From NCBI GenBank assembly GCA_030609365.1, contig JAUWCJ010000003.1:1-63157 (forward strand): 63,157 nt of DNA, read 5' to 3'. The notes below the pieces were generated by a model, which saw only the letters and a program-made list of their open reading frames with translations, was not told the origin of the DNA and made no database searches. How positions within the stretch are numbered: the first letter of the stretch is position 1; each line of letters starts with the position of its first letter. The DNA is from Candidatus Eiseniibacteriota bacterium (lineage in GTDB: Bacteria; Joyebacterota; Joyebacteria; Joyebacterales; Joyebacteraceae). Below, one piece after another: positions 44,021-53,244 of the stretch. A program made the translations under genes and the position numbers.

Positions 44021-44101
44021 GTAGGTCTCCCGTCCCTCGTTCCGAACCCCGCCTCGCGCATCCGCCGACGGCCGCGAGCGCGGACGACATCAGCAACAGA
44101 A

Positions 44102-44287
44102 TCAGCCTACGCCGATGCAAGACAGACAGATCATGGCGCCGTTCGACAGCGTCTCCCAAAAGTGCTCGGTCACGAGCCCAACGATGAGAAACGCCTCGAC
44201 TGTCACGAGCGCAACGACGAAGAACATCGTGGTCCGCGCGGGACTTGGCCTGGCCAGGAAATCGATTGTCTTGCTCAATGGACACAC
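44102..44287 (-). CDS. Hypothetical small single-TM protein with a C-terminal CxxC.
   Basis: GTG at 44287 (GGGAG upstream) or the internal ATG at 44227. The TM helix is MFFVVALVTVEAFLIVGLV and the tail is AMICLSCIGVG. It lies 80 nt upstream of the polyferredoxin gene. Coding status is unproven. Confidence 0.3.
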   Translation of the reverse strand: MCPLSKTIDFLARPSPARTTMFFVVALVTVEAFLIVGLVTEHFWETLSNGAMICLSCIGVG

Positions 44288-44392
44288 CTGCTCGCGGCTC
44301 CCTTCAGAAGCCGCTCGACGCGGGTTTCAAGTAGTCCTTGGTACATCTGGATTCTAGCGGCCCGACGGCGCCACCGTCAAGCGTCAACACCG

Positions 44393-47077
44393 CTACATGA
44401 TACCCCTGATGCGGGCTCTCAGAACCGCGTGAGCGGCCGCCAGACGTGCCACCGGTACGCGGTAGGGTGAACAGCTCACGTAGTCCAGCCCCACGCGATG
44501 GCAGAAGTAGATGGACTCCGGATCGCCCCCGTGCTCCCCGCATATGCCCATGTGAAGGTCGGGCTTGGCCAGCCTGCCCTTGTCGACGGCCATCTGCACC
44601 AGAGCGCCGACGCCGCGCCTGTCGAGAGACTGGAAGGGGTCCTTCCTGAGGATTCCCTTCTTCAGGTACTCCTTGATGAACGAACCGGCGTCGTCACGGC
44701 TGAAGCCGTACGCCATCTGGGTCAGATCGTTCGTCCCGAACGAGAAGAAATCGGCGTGCTCAGCGATCTCGTCCGCCACTATGGCCGCACGCGGTATCTC
44801 TATCATGGTACCGATGTGGAAGGGGACGGTGTCCGAGTCGTCGCCCAGGACCTCGGCCGCCACCTTCTCGACGAGCTCCCGCAGAATCAACAGCTCCTTG
44901 GGCTCTCCCACGAGCGGTATCATCACCTCGGGCCGGGCGTCGACACCGCGTTCCGCGAGCGCCTTCGCCGCCTCGAAGATGGCACGGGCCTGCATCTCGT
45001 AGACCTCAGGGTAAGTGATACCAAGCCTGCAGCCCCGATGTCCCAGCATCGGGTTCGTCTCGCGAAGCGCCGCGGCCCTCTCCTTCATCTCGTCGGGGTC
45101 CTTGCCGAGCTCCGCGGCCAGCTCCTCGAGCTCTTTGTCGGTCGCCGGAATGAACTCGTGAAGCGGCGGATCCAGCAGCCGGATGGTGACCGGACGGCCC
45201 TCCATCGCCTTGAGTATGCCCTCGAAGTCCTCGCGCTGGAACGGCAGGAGTTTCTCGAGAGCCAGCCGCCGCTCGTCTTCGTCGGCCGCCATGATCATCC
45301 CGCGGATGTATTTGATGCGTTCCTCTCCGAAGAACATGTGCTCGGTGCGGCAGAGCCCTATGCCTTCGGCGCCGAATGCCCTCGCGCGCGCCGCGTCCTC
45401 GGGCGTGTCGGCGTTCGTGCGGACGCCCAGCTGCCGGAACTCGTCGGCCCACTCCATCAGCGTGGCGAAGTTGCCGGAGAGCTCCGGATCGACCGTCGGC
45501 ATCTGGCCGACGATGACCTCTCCCGACGAGCCGTCGAGCGTCATCCAGTCGCCCTCTTTGACCGTTGTCCCCTTGACGCTGAACGTCCGGGAAGCGTAGT
45601 CGATCTTGATGTGTCCAGCGCCGGCGACGCAGCACTTGCCCATCCCGCGCGCGACGACGGCCGCGTGTGAGGTCATGCCGCCACGAGCGGTCAGGAAACC
45701 CTGCGACGCGTTCATCCCGTCGATATCCTCGGGTGAGGTCTCCTCGCGGACGAGGATCGTGCGGTGCTTCTCTTCGTCGCTGTCTTCCGACCAGTCCACG
45801 GCGTCCTCGGCGGTGAAGACGACCCGGCCGACCGCCGCGCCCGGCGACGCCGGCAGTCCCATAGTCAGTGCTTCGTAGCTCGCGCTCGGGTCGAGCTTCT
45901 GGTGGAGCTGCTGCTCGAGCTGGTCCGGGTCCACACGAAGGATGGCCGTCTTGCGGTCGATCAAGCCCTCTGCTTCCATCTCGACGGCGATACGAATGGC
46001 CGCCTCGGCGGTGCGCTTCCCGGTCCGCGTCTGGAGCATCCAGAGCTTGCCGGCCTGAATGGTGAACTCGAGGTCCTGGGTGTCAGTGTAGTGCAGCTCG
46101 AGCCTCTCACGAATGGAGTCGAGCTCCCCGTATATCTCGGGCATGGCTTCCTCGAGCGAGTCCCCGTCGCCTTCCTTCTTCTGTGCGATGTTTATGGGCT
46201 GGGGCGTCCTGACGCCCGACACGACGTCCTCGCCCTGAGCATTGGGCAACCACTCGCCGTAGAAGACCTTCTCCCCGGTCGCCGGGTCTCGCGTGAACGC
46301 GACGCCGGTGGCACTGCCCTTGCCCATGTTGCCGAAGACCATCGCCTGCACGTTGACCGCCGTGCCCCAGTCGTGCGGGATGTCGTTGAGCTTCCGGTAG
46401 GCGATCGCACGCGGGATGTTCCACGAGTCGAACACCGCGCGTATGGCGCCCCAGAGCTGCTCGTGCGGGTCGTCCGGGAAGTCCTTACCTGACAGCTCCT
46501 TCACCTTCTCCTTGAACTTGCCCGCGAGGTCCCTGAGGTCCTCGGCGGTGAGGTCTGTGTCGTGCCAGACGCCCTTCTCCTTCTTGCGCCCGTCGAGGAG
46601 TGCGTTGAACTCCCCTATCGGAAGGTCCATGACGACATCGGAGTACATCTGGATGAGTCGACGGTAGCTGTCGTAGACGAAGCGGTCTGTCCCCGTCTTC
46701 GCGACGATGCTGGCCGCCGTCGTGTCGTTCATACCTATGTTGAGCACGGAGTCCATCATCCCCGGCATCGACACGCGCGCTCCCGAGCGCACGGAGAGCA
46801 GCAGCGGGCTGACGGAGCCGCCAAACTCCCTCCTCATCTCACTTCCCACCTTCGCGATGGCGGCTTCGACTTCCTCGACCAGTCCGTCGGGGAACGTCGA
46901 GTCGTGCTCCATGTAGTACGTGCACACGCGTGTCGAGATGGTGAACCCGGCCGGCACGGGCACGCCGAGGTTGGTCATCTCGGCGAGGTTTGCGCCCTTT
47001 CCCCCGAGGATGTCCTTCATCTCCCCGCGGCCGTCGGCCTTCCCGCCGCCGAAGTTGTATACGTGTCTCTGTGGCAT
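44393..47077 (-). CDS. ppdK: Pyruvate, phosphate dikinase.
   Basis: ORF trimmed to MPQRHVYNFGGGKADG (ATG at 47077, AAGGAG upstream). Motifs: GGKGANLAEM, GGMTSHAAVVARGMG (phospho-His loop) and the C-terminal PEP-utilising ..FFSFGTNDLTQM..GICGEHGGDP. Confidence 0.9.
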   Translation of the reverse strand: MPQRHVYNFGGGKADGRGEMKDILGGKGANLAEMTNLGVPVPAGFTISTRVCTYYMEHDSTFPDGLVEEVEAAIAKVGSEMRREFGGSVSPLLLSVRSGARVSMPGMMDSVLNIGMNDTTAASIVAKTGTDRFVYDSYRRLIQMYSDVVMDLPIGEFNALLDGRKKEKGVWHDTDLTAEDLRDLAGKFKEKVKELSGKDFPDDPHEQLWGAIRAVFDSWNIPRAIAYRKLNDIPHDWGTAVNVQAMVFGNMGKGSATGVAFTRDPATGEKVFYGEWLPNAQGEDVVSGVRTPQPINIAQKKEGDGDSLEEAMPEIYGELDSIRERLELHYTDTQDLEFTIQAGKLWMLQTRTGKRTAEAAIRIAVEMEAEGLIDRKTAILRVDPDQLEQQLHQKLDPSASYEALTMGLPASPGAAVGRVVFTAEDAVDWSEDSDEEKHRTILVREETSPEDIDGMNASQGFLTARGGMTSHAAVVARGMGKCCVAGAGHIKIDYASRTFSVKGTTVKEGDWMTLDGSSGEVIVGQMPTVDPELSGNFATLMEWADEFRQLGVRTNADTPEDAARARAFGAEGIGLCRTEHMFFGEERIKYIRGMIMAADEDERRLALEKLLPFQREDFEGILKAMEGRPVTIRLLDPPLHEFIPATDKELEELAAELGKDPDEMKERAAALRETNPMLGHRGCRLGITYPEVYEMQARAIFEAAKALAERGVDARPEVMIPLVGEPKELLILRELVEKVAAEVLGDDSDTVPFHIGTMIEIPRAAIVADEIAEHADFFSFGTNDLTQMAYGFSRDDAGSFIKEYLKKGILRKDPFQSLDRRGVGALVQMAVDKGRLAKPDLHMGICGEHGGDPESIYFCHRVGLDYVSCSPYRVPVARLAAAHAVLRARIRGIM

Positions 47078-47180
47078 TACTCTGCTCCTTGCGCCTGTCT
47101 GTGGCGTCGGCGCGCTCTCGCGTGCCGACCTGGCTTGCGGGTCGCTCCCGCGCGGTTCCTGCTTGATTCCCGAATTCACT

Positions 47181-47209
47181 AACATATCACTACGGGGCCG
47201 CCGAGGCAA
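47181..47209 (-). promoter_or_regulatory. Possible ppdK promoter.
   Basis: Minus strand reads TTGCCT (47209..47204), a 17-nt spacer, then TATGTT (47186..47181), in a locally AT-richer stretch. Confidence 0.35.
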
Positions 47210-47336
47210 TCACGACCGGCCGCGCAGGTGCTGTTTCGGGTCTGGGAACGGGTTTTCTGTTGTGGACCTGGTGGAGAATGCCGGGGAATACCGGAACGCG
47301 GGAAGTGAGATGGCGGCGCCTCGAACGTCTTCCGCC

Positions 47337-48596
47337 CTAGACACGCAGTTCGTCGGCGCTCTCTTTCTTTTCGACGGGAATGGCGGCTTCCGGAGTGCGC
47401 CCGGTGGCCTCGTCCCTCACGATCCTCCGGTAGAGGGCCTCGCGACGGATCTGAGCGACGATTATCTCCCGCAGCGAGGAGGCGCTCTCGGCCTCGTCGC
47501 GGTCACGCAGCCCCACGAGGTCGGATATCTCTTCCTTGAGGTCGCTCTGTACGGTTCTGAGGTTCTTCCTCCGCTGCTCCATCAGCACGTTCGCCACACC
47601 GAAGGCAACGATGTAGCTCCCCAGCAGATAGATCAACCCGTAGGGCGCGATGAGCCCGAGCATCTGCCAGCCGAAGAAGACAGTGACTCCCCACACCACG
47701 ATCACTGCCGCCTTCGGGTTGAGTCCGAAGCGGATGAGGCGGTGATGGATGTGGGACTGATCCGGTGTCATCACTCCCCCGTGCGACCGGGACCGACGGA
47801 CGATGGTCGTCACGACATCGAACACCGGCACTATCATGCAGGCGCCGACGACGAGCACGGCGTTGCTGGCGAGGTCGCTCCGCCCGCCAATGACGGTGCC
47901 TCCCGCAAGGAAGAACCCCAGCGCCATACTGCCCGCATCGCCCAGGTAGACGTTGCCCCGACGGAAGTTGTGGAGAAGGAACCCGATGCCGCTGCCGAAT
48001 ATGCCCGCTATCATCATATACAGCAGCGGATTGTCATTCACGAGACCCACGAGAAAGAGGCCCGAAGCGGCGATAACGGCTATCCCGCCCGCAAGTCCGT
48101 CCAGACCGTCAATGAGATTGAGGGCGTTCATGAAGCCGACGATCCAGAAGACGGTGATCGGGTAGCTGAGCCACCCAAGCTCGAGGGCTGGGCCGAAGAA
48201 GAAACCGACTTTCTCAAATGCGACGCCGCTCGCGACCATTGCGACGGCAACGGCCACCTGGACGATGAGCTTCACGCGGGGTTTGAGGTTGATGCGGTCG
48301 TCGATCATGCCGAGGATGATGATGACGGTCCCGCCGGCCAGAAGCGCAGAGAGCTTGAACGCCACGTTCGGAGCCACGTAGCTGAAGAACCTCAGCGCCA
48401 ATACCAGCGACGCGGCGGTGGTCAGGAATATGACGATACCACCGGTAGTGGGAACCGGCCTGGCGCGCGTGCGGCGCGAGCTTGGAAGGTCCACGAGACC
48501 TACCCGCAGCCCGAGCCTGGCGACCGGCTTCATGAGCAGCCACGACAGCGCCGCGGCTGAGCCCAGTATGATGAGTGACCAGCTGACCAGATCCAC
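47337..48596 (-). CDS. Polyprenyl-phosphate N-acetylhexosamine-1-phosphate transferase (MraY/WecA, glycosyltransferase family 4).
   Basis: A polytopic protein. Motifs: PVPTTGGIVIFL, LGMIDDRINL, NALNLIDGLDGLAGG and GDAGSMALGF. Confidence 0.8.
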   Translation of the reverse strand: MDLVSWSLIILGSAAALSWLLMKPVARLGLRVGLVDLPSSRRTRARPVPTTGGIVIFLTTAASLVLALRFFSYVAPNVAFKLSALLAGGTVIIILGMIDDRINLKPRVKLIVQVAVAVAMVASGVAFEKVGFFFGPALELGWLSYPITVFWIVGFMNALNLIDGLDGLAGGIAVIAASGLFLVGLVNDNPLLYMMIAGIFGSGIGFLLHNFRRGNVYLGDAGSMALGFFLAGGTVIGGRSDLASNAVLVVGACMIVPVFDVVTTIVRRSRSHGGVMTPDQSHIHHRLIRFGLNPKAAVIVVWGVTVFFGWQMLGLIAPYGLIYLLGSYIVAFGVANVLMEQRRKNLRTVQSDLKEEISDLVGLRDRDEAESASSLREIIVAQIRREALYRRIVRDEATGRTPEAAIPVEKKESADELRV

Positions 48597-48746
48597 GCAC
48601 TACCTCGTTCGGGCGAGCACGCCCCTTGCCATCCGCTTCCGCAACCCAAACCTGTTCTGCAGCCTGAATACTCAATATAGCACCAACCGCCACAGAACTT
48701 AAGACGCAACGTGTCATGAATCGGGTGTTCCGGTCCACCCACGCCC

Positions 48747-49688
48747 CTACTCCGGAGCCACAGAGCCCCCCGCGTTGGCGAGTGCCGCTCGCGCGCGCTC
48801 CAGCAACGCCTGCGCCCTGTTGCCTGAGTTCCGCGCGTAGCCGCCCCACCGCCGTGCAGATTCCACGAACACGTCATCACCGGTCATCTGGTGGAGAACG
48901 TCCATCATCAGGATATGAGTTCTGTGACGTTGGGAGCTGGCGGGGCGGATGCGACGACCGTCCAGACTGGTGCTGGTCCAGTAGCCCAGATCAAACCTGT
49001 CGAGGACGAAGGTGAGCCCGCCCACGCACCGATTGAGGAGGATGCGCGCCCCCGGGTCCTCATCGACGTTCAGGTAGTCGAACATCGTCCAGATACACTT
49101 GATGTGGCTGCCCAGCACCATGCGGGGCGCGTCCGGAAGCGGGAACTCCTCGATGAAGGCGAGCGACTCCACGCCGCCCTCGTCGCCGGCCTCGCCTATC
49201 TCGCGGAGGAATCCGCCGTCGTCAACGCTCGTGTAGAAGGCGCCCATGGCCCGCCTGGCCGCCTCAATGGCGCCCTCCTGACGCAGGAGCGAGACCGCCC
49301 GGACCAGGACGGCGATGCACTCCGCGTGCGCGGAGGCCGAAAACCATCCCTGCGGCAACTCTCCCCGAAGCGCGCGAGGAACTTTGGGCATCGACCAGCC
49401 GCCGAAGCTGCCCGGCAGGATCTCCATGCTATCGACGAGCCAGCGGGCGAGACTGCTGAAGCGCTCTCGTCGTTGGGAGTTTCCGTTCTCGAGGTAGACC
49501 TCAAGGTTGCCGAGCGCGGCGCGCGCCGCGAGCAGAGGGGAGCATACTCTGCCACCGCCTTTGACGCGGACGACCGGCACTCCCCTGTCGTCGCACTCGG
49601 GCTCAGACCCGACCAGGTGCGAGTAGTCGAGGTAGTATCCCCTCGGGGATGATACGTCGATGTGCCTGCCGAGCTTCTCCCCGGCCAT
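48747..49688 (-). CDS. D-glucuronyl C5-epimerase-like protein.
   Basis: PQGWFSASAHAECIAVLVRAV and AFIEEFPLPDAPRMVLGSHIKCIWTMFDYL parallel the animal GLCE C-terminal blocks PKGWFSAMAQGQAISTLVRAY and [27 protein letters not shown], which I recalled from memory. I prefer the start at 49688 (GGAGGA upstream); the ORF opens at 49730. Confidence 0.6.
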   Translation of the reverse strand: MAGEKLGRHIDVSSPRGYYLDYSHLVGSEPECDDRGVPVVRVKGGGRVCSPLLAARAALGNLEVYLENGNSQRRERFSSLARWLVDSMEILPGSFGGWSMPKVPRALRGELPQGWFSASAHAECIAVLVRAVSLLRQEGAIEAARRAMGAFYTSVDDGGFLREIGEAGDEGGVESLAFIEEFPLPDAPRMVLGSHIKCIWTMFDYLNVDEDPGARILLNRCVGGLTFVLDRFDLGYWTSTSLDGRRIRPASSQRHRTHILMMDVLHQMTGDDVFVESARRWGGYARNSGNRAQALLERARAALANAGGSVAPE

Positions 49689-49716
49689 CTCGTCCGTCCT
49701 CCGTAGGCGGTGCTCT

Positions 49717-50832
49717 CTAGGCGTTGCCATCCGTTAGCTCGAGAACCGTGTCCGCCACGTGTGTCTTCTCCTCATGCGTGAGAAGCGAGAACACCGGGAT
49801 GGAGATGGTCTCGAGCGCCGCCCTCTCCGCCTCCGGCAGATCCCCCTCGGTGTGGCCGAGCGTCTTGAAGCACTCCTGGAGATGCAGCGGCACGGGGTAG
49901 TAGATCGCGCAGCCGATGCCCCTCTCTCGGAGCGAAGCCAGAACCGCGTCACGATCGGGGACGCGGACGATGCACTGGTTGTAGATGTGGCGGCTCCACT
50001 CCTCGCGCCAGGGCGCGGTCACCGGCGTTCCCTCGAACCTCGAGACGTAGTAGTCCGCGTTGGCGGACCTGCCGTCGCTCCACGCGTCCAGGTGCTTGAG
50101 CTTCACACTGAGGACGGCGGCCTGCAGGGCGTCCAGCCTGCTGTTGGTCCCGATGGTCCAGTGGTGATAGGCCTCGGTCTGTCCGTGCTCGCGCAGGCTT
50201 ATCAGGAGGTCGGCCAGCTCATCGCTGTCGGTCGTTATCATGCCGCCGTCGCCGTAGCCGCCGAGGTTCTTGCTCGGGAAGAAGCTGAAGCAGCCCGCCC
50301 GGCCCATCGACCCCGCCCGGCGCCCCTTGTACTCCGATCCGATGGCCTGCGCCGCGTCCTCGACTACCGGGATGCCGCGCCTGTCCACCACCTCCAGAAT
50401 GGGGTCCATGTCGGCGCACTGGCCGTAGAGATGGACGGGCAAGATGGCCTTCGTCTTCTCCGTGATGGCTGCCTCGATCTTCGCTGGGTCCATGTTGTAG
50501 GTCTTGGGCTCGATGTCGATGAAGACGGGAATCGCACCCACTCTCGTGACGGCGCCCGCCGTCGCGAAGAACGTGTACGGGGTCGTGATCACCTCGTCGC
50601 CCGGCCCGACGCCGACGGCCATGAGAGCCAGCAGAATGGCGTCGGTCCCCGACGCTACACCGACCGCGCGCTTCGTACCACAGTAGTCGGCGATCTCGCC
50701 CTCGAACGCGACGACCTTTGGGCCGAGCTTGAAGCCCTGGGACTCCACGACCTCCGCGATCGCCGCGTTGATCTCATCCTTGATGGTCTGGTACTGCCTT
50801 TTCAGGTCGAGCAGCGGTACGTTCATTGGCAC
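49717..50832 (-). CDS. DegT/DnrJ/EryC1/StrS-family PLP-dependent sugar aminotransferase.
   Basis: The N-terminus VPLLDLKRQYQTIKDEINAAI.., then GTDAILLAL, and SFFPSKNLGGYGDGG carrying the PLP lysine. Confidence 0.85.
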   Translation of the reverse strand: MPMNVPLLDLKRQYQTIKDEINAAIAEVVESQGFKLGPKVVAFEGEIADYCGTKRAVGVASGTDAILLALMAVGVGPGDEVITTPYTFFATAGAVTRVGAIPVFIDIEPKTYNMDPAKIEAAITEKTKAILPVHLYGQCADMDPILEVVDRRGIPVVEDAAQAIGSEYKGRRAGSMGRAGCFSFFPSKNLGGYGDGGMITTDSDELADLLISLREHGQTEAYHHWTIGTNSRLDALQAAVLSVKLKHLDAWSDGRSANADYYVSRFEGTPVTAPWREEWSRHIYNQCIVRVPDRDAVLASLRERGIGCAIYYPVPLHLQECFKTLGHTEGDLPEAERAALETISIPVFSLLTHEEKTHVADTVLELTDGNA

Positions 50833-50895
50833 CTGCTTTCTGTTAGTGGTGAATTCCGCACCGGTCGCGCGAGATGTTCCAGCCTCGCGCCCGTC

Positions 50896-51999
50896 TCACG
50901 GCCGGCCTCCGTAGTCCTCTATGATATCCGCGATCCGTTCGGACGCGCGCCCGTCCCATAACTCGGGGAGACGTCCGGGGAGCTCACGATCTTCGTCGAG
51001 TATGCGCGCGGCGGCCTCCGTGATGGCGTCCGAGTTCGTGCCGACCAGCGTGTTCGTTCCCTCTGTGATAGTCACCGGGCGCTCGGTGTTCGGCCTGAGC
51101 GTCAGACATGGCACGCCCAGCACCGTCGTCTCCTCCTGAACGCCGCCGGAGTCCGTCATGACGAGCCTGGCCCGCGCCTCAAGCTCGATGAAGTCGAGGT
51201 AGCCGAGAGGGCCCGTCATCATTAGACCCGATATCGCCTCCGCGCGTTCCAGCAACCCGGCCTCGGTGAGCGTCTTCCTGCTGCGCGGATGCATCGGGTA
51301 GACGATGGGTATGCGCCCGGCAATCTCGGCGAACGCATCCAGCAAGCCTACGAACGCCTCGCGCGTATCGACGTTCCGCGGCCTGTGCAGCGTCAGGACC
51401 GCGTACTCGCCGGCGGCGACACCCAACCGGCCCAGCACGTTCGACTGCGCCGCCTTGTCACGGAACCTCAGCAGCGTATCGACCATGACGTTACCAACGA
51501 AGTGGATGGCCTCGGCCGGCCTTCCCTCCTTCTTGAGGTTCTCGTCACCGTCGCGGGAGGGCGTGAACAGAAGCGACGAGAGCCTGTCGGTCACGAGCCG
51601 GTTGATCTCCTCCGGCATCTCCCAGTCGAAGCTCCTCAGCCCCGCTTCCACGTGCGCCACCGGAATGCCGCGCTTGACCGCCGTCAGTGAACACGCGACC
51701 GTCGAGTTGACGTCCCCGACGACAACCACCATGTCGGTCGCGACCTCGTCCAGGAAGGCGTCGAATCTGGTCATGACCCCCGCCGTCTGCACGGCATGCG
51801 TACCTGAGCCCACGCCCAGGTTCCACTCGGGCTCATCCATCTCAAGGTCCCTGAAGAAAGCGGCAGACATCTCGTCATCGTAGTGCTGCCCCGTATGGAC
51901 GGTGAGCACCTCCACGCCGCTTCGCCCCGACAGAGCTCTTCTCAGAAGCGCTATCTTGACGAAATTCGGCCGTGCCCCGGCTATCAGCGCAACTCGCAT
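50896..51999 (-). CDS. wecB: UDP-N-acetylglucosamine 2-epimerase (non-hydrolysing).
   Basis: ORF trimmed to MRVALIAGARPNFVKIA (ATG at 51999). Motifs: HTGQHYD, VVGDVNST, HVEAGLRSFD and MTDSGGVQEE. Confidence 0.85.
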   Translation of the reverse strand: MRVALIAGARPNFVKIALLRRALSGRSGVEVLTVHTGQHYDDEMSAAFFRDLEMDEPEWNLGVGSGTHAVQTAGVMTRFDAFLDEVATDMVVVVGDVNSTVACSLTAVKRGIPVAHVEAGLRSFDWEMPEEINRLVTDRLSSLLFTPSRDGDENLKKEGRPAEAIHFVGNVMVDTLLRFRDKAAQSNVLGRLGVAAGEYAVLTLHRPRNVDTREAFVGLLDAFAEIAGRIPIVYPMHPRSRKTLTEAGLLERAEAISGLMMTGPLGYLDFIELEARARLVMTDSGGVQEETTVLGVPCLTLRPNTERPVTITEGTNTLVGTNSDAITEAAARILDEDRELPGRLPELWDGRASERIADIIEDYGGRP

Positions 52000-52043
52000 C
52001 CGCAAACCCCTTAGGATCCCGCTCTTCCAGCGGCAAACGCCTA

Positions 52044-52072
52044 TTTTTAGCAGGTGTTCCCTGCCTTCGCAA
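52044..52072 (-). promoter_or_regulatory. Possible wecB promoter in an AT-richer divergent gap.
   Basis: Minus strand reads TTGCGA (52072..52067), a 17-nt spacer, then TAAAAA(T) (52049..52043). Confidence 0.3.
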
Positions 52073-52105
52073 CCGCATTCGCAGTGCCAGCGGGCGGCTG
52101 CACTA

Positions 52106-52139
52106 TTGACTAGGAACTCTAATTGGAGTATCATTAGAG
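52106..52139 (+). promoter_or_regulatory. Promoter of the PiT gene with an inverted repeat overlapping the -10.
   Basis: TTGACT (52106..52111), a 17-nt spacer, then TATCAT (52129..52134). The inverted repeat is CTCTAAT (52117..52123) / ATTAGAG (52133..52139). Confidence 0.45.
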
Positions 52140-52194
52140 TGTGTTTGCGTTTTCTGGCGGGCCTTATGCAACCGACCTCCGTAAGGAGGAAGCC

Positions 52195-53235
52195 ATGTTC
52201 TCACCGATGTTCTCTATCCTACTGATCCCATTCCTGGCGGCCATGTTCCTGGCCATCAACATGGGCGCAAGCGGTACCGCTCCCTCGTTCTCAGCCGCTT
52301 ACGGGGCCAACCTCATCCGCCGGCAACGCATCGCCGGCGTGTTCGGCATCTGCGTCCTCGCGGGCGCTCTCATCGCGGGCAAGAAGGTCGCCATGACAAT
52401 CAGCCGGGGTATCCTCCCCGAGGACGTCATGGGACTCACGCTGACGACCATCGTCCTCCTGTCGGTCGCGCTGTCCCTGCTGATGGCCAACCTGCTGAGA
52501 GTTCCGCAGTCCACGAGCCAGGCAACCATCGCCGCCCTTGTGGGACCGGCGGTCTACTACGACGTTCTCAAGGCCCACAGGCTCGTGTTCGAGGTCATCC
52601 CCACATGGCTCATACTACCGATCGTCTCGTTCTTCCTGACACTCGCAATAGGGAAGCTCTTCTACACACCATTGAACAAGCGGTTGACGAACGGGTTCTC
52701 ACGCGTTGCCGCCCACCCGTCTATCAGGATCGCCGTCATCGCGGCGTCGTGCTACGTGGCGTTCGCGATTGGCTCGAACAACGTGGCGAACGCGGCGGGA
52801 CCGATCATCGCCATGGCCATGAAGAGCATGGGCACGGTTTCCGAGGCCACGGCTCTCATGATCATGATATTCGCCACGCTTCTCATTGCCCCCTGCTTCG
52901 CGATAGGCAGCTCGATCATGGGCTCCCGCGTGCTGAAAACGACGGGCCGTGAGATCGTCGAGTTCGGTCCGCTCGGGGCCGTGCTCGTGGCGGTCGTAAC
53001 CGCGACGCTCCTTCTGGTTGCGTCGGTGTCCCGAGGCATCCCGACGTCGCTCGTCCAGATGAACACCGCGGCCATCATGGCGCTCGGTGTGACGAAGGAA
53101 GGGTGGCGGTTCGTGGCGTCGCGGACATCCGTCCGCAAGCTGCTCGTCGTCTGGATAGTCTCGCCGCTGATGGCGCTCGGGATCTCCTTCGGCCTGACCG
53201 CCCTGGCGGAGGCGCTCGGACTTATGACATATTAG
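52195..53235 (+). CDS. Inorganic phosphate (or sulfate) transporter, PiT/PHO4 family.
   Basis: ORF trimmed to the ATG at 52195 (AAGGAGG upstream). A polytopic protein. The two halves carry INMGASGTAPSFSAAYGA and AIGSNNVANAAGPI (the GANDVAN-type signature). Confidence 0.75.
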   Translation: MFSPMFSILLIPFLAAMFLAINMGASGTAPSFSAAYGANLIRRQRIAGVFGICVLAGALIAGKKVAMTISRGILPEDVMGLTLTTIVLLSVALSLLMANLLRVPQSTSQATIAALVGPAVYYDVLKAHRLVFEVIPTWLILPIVSFFLTLAIGKLFYTPLNKRLTNGFSRVAAHPSIRIAVIAASCYVAFAIGSNNVANAAGPIIAMAMKSMGTVSEATALMIMIFATLLIAPCFAIGSSIMGSRVLKTTGREIVEFGPLGAVLVAVVTATLLLVASVSRGIPTSLVQMNTAAIMALGVTKEGWRFVASRTSVRKLLVVWIVSPLMALGISFGLTALAEALGLMTY

Positions 53236-53244
53236 ACGCGCGGC

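Noticed and set aside
52141-53235. The PiT region as a mobile-element insertion.
   Set aside because: There is no transposase, integrase, terminal inverted repeat or flanking direct repeat. The only cues are the strand switch and an AT-richer promoter gap.
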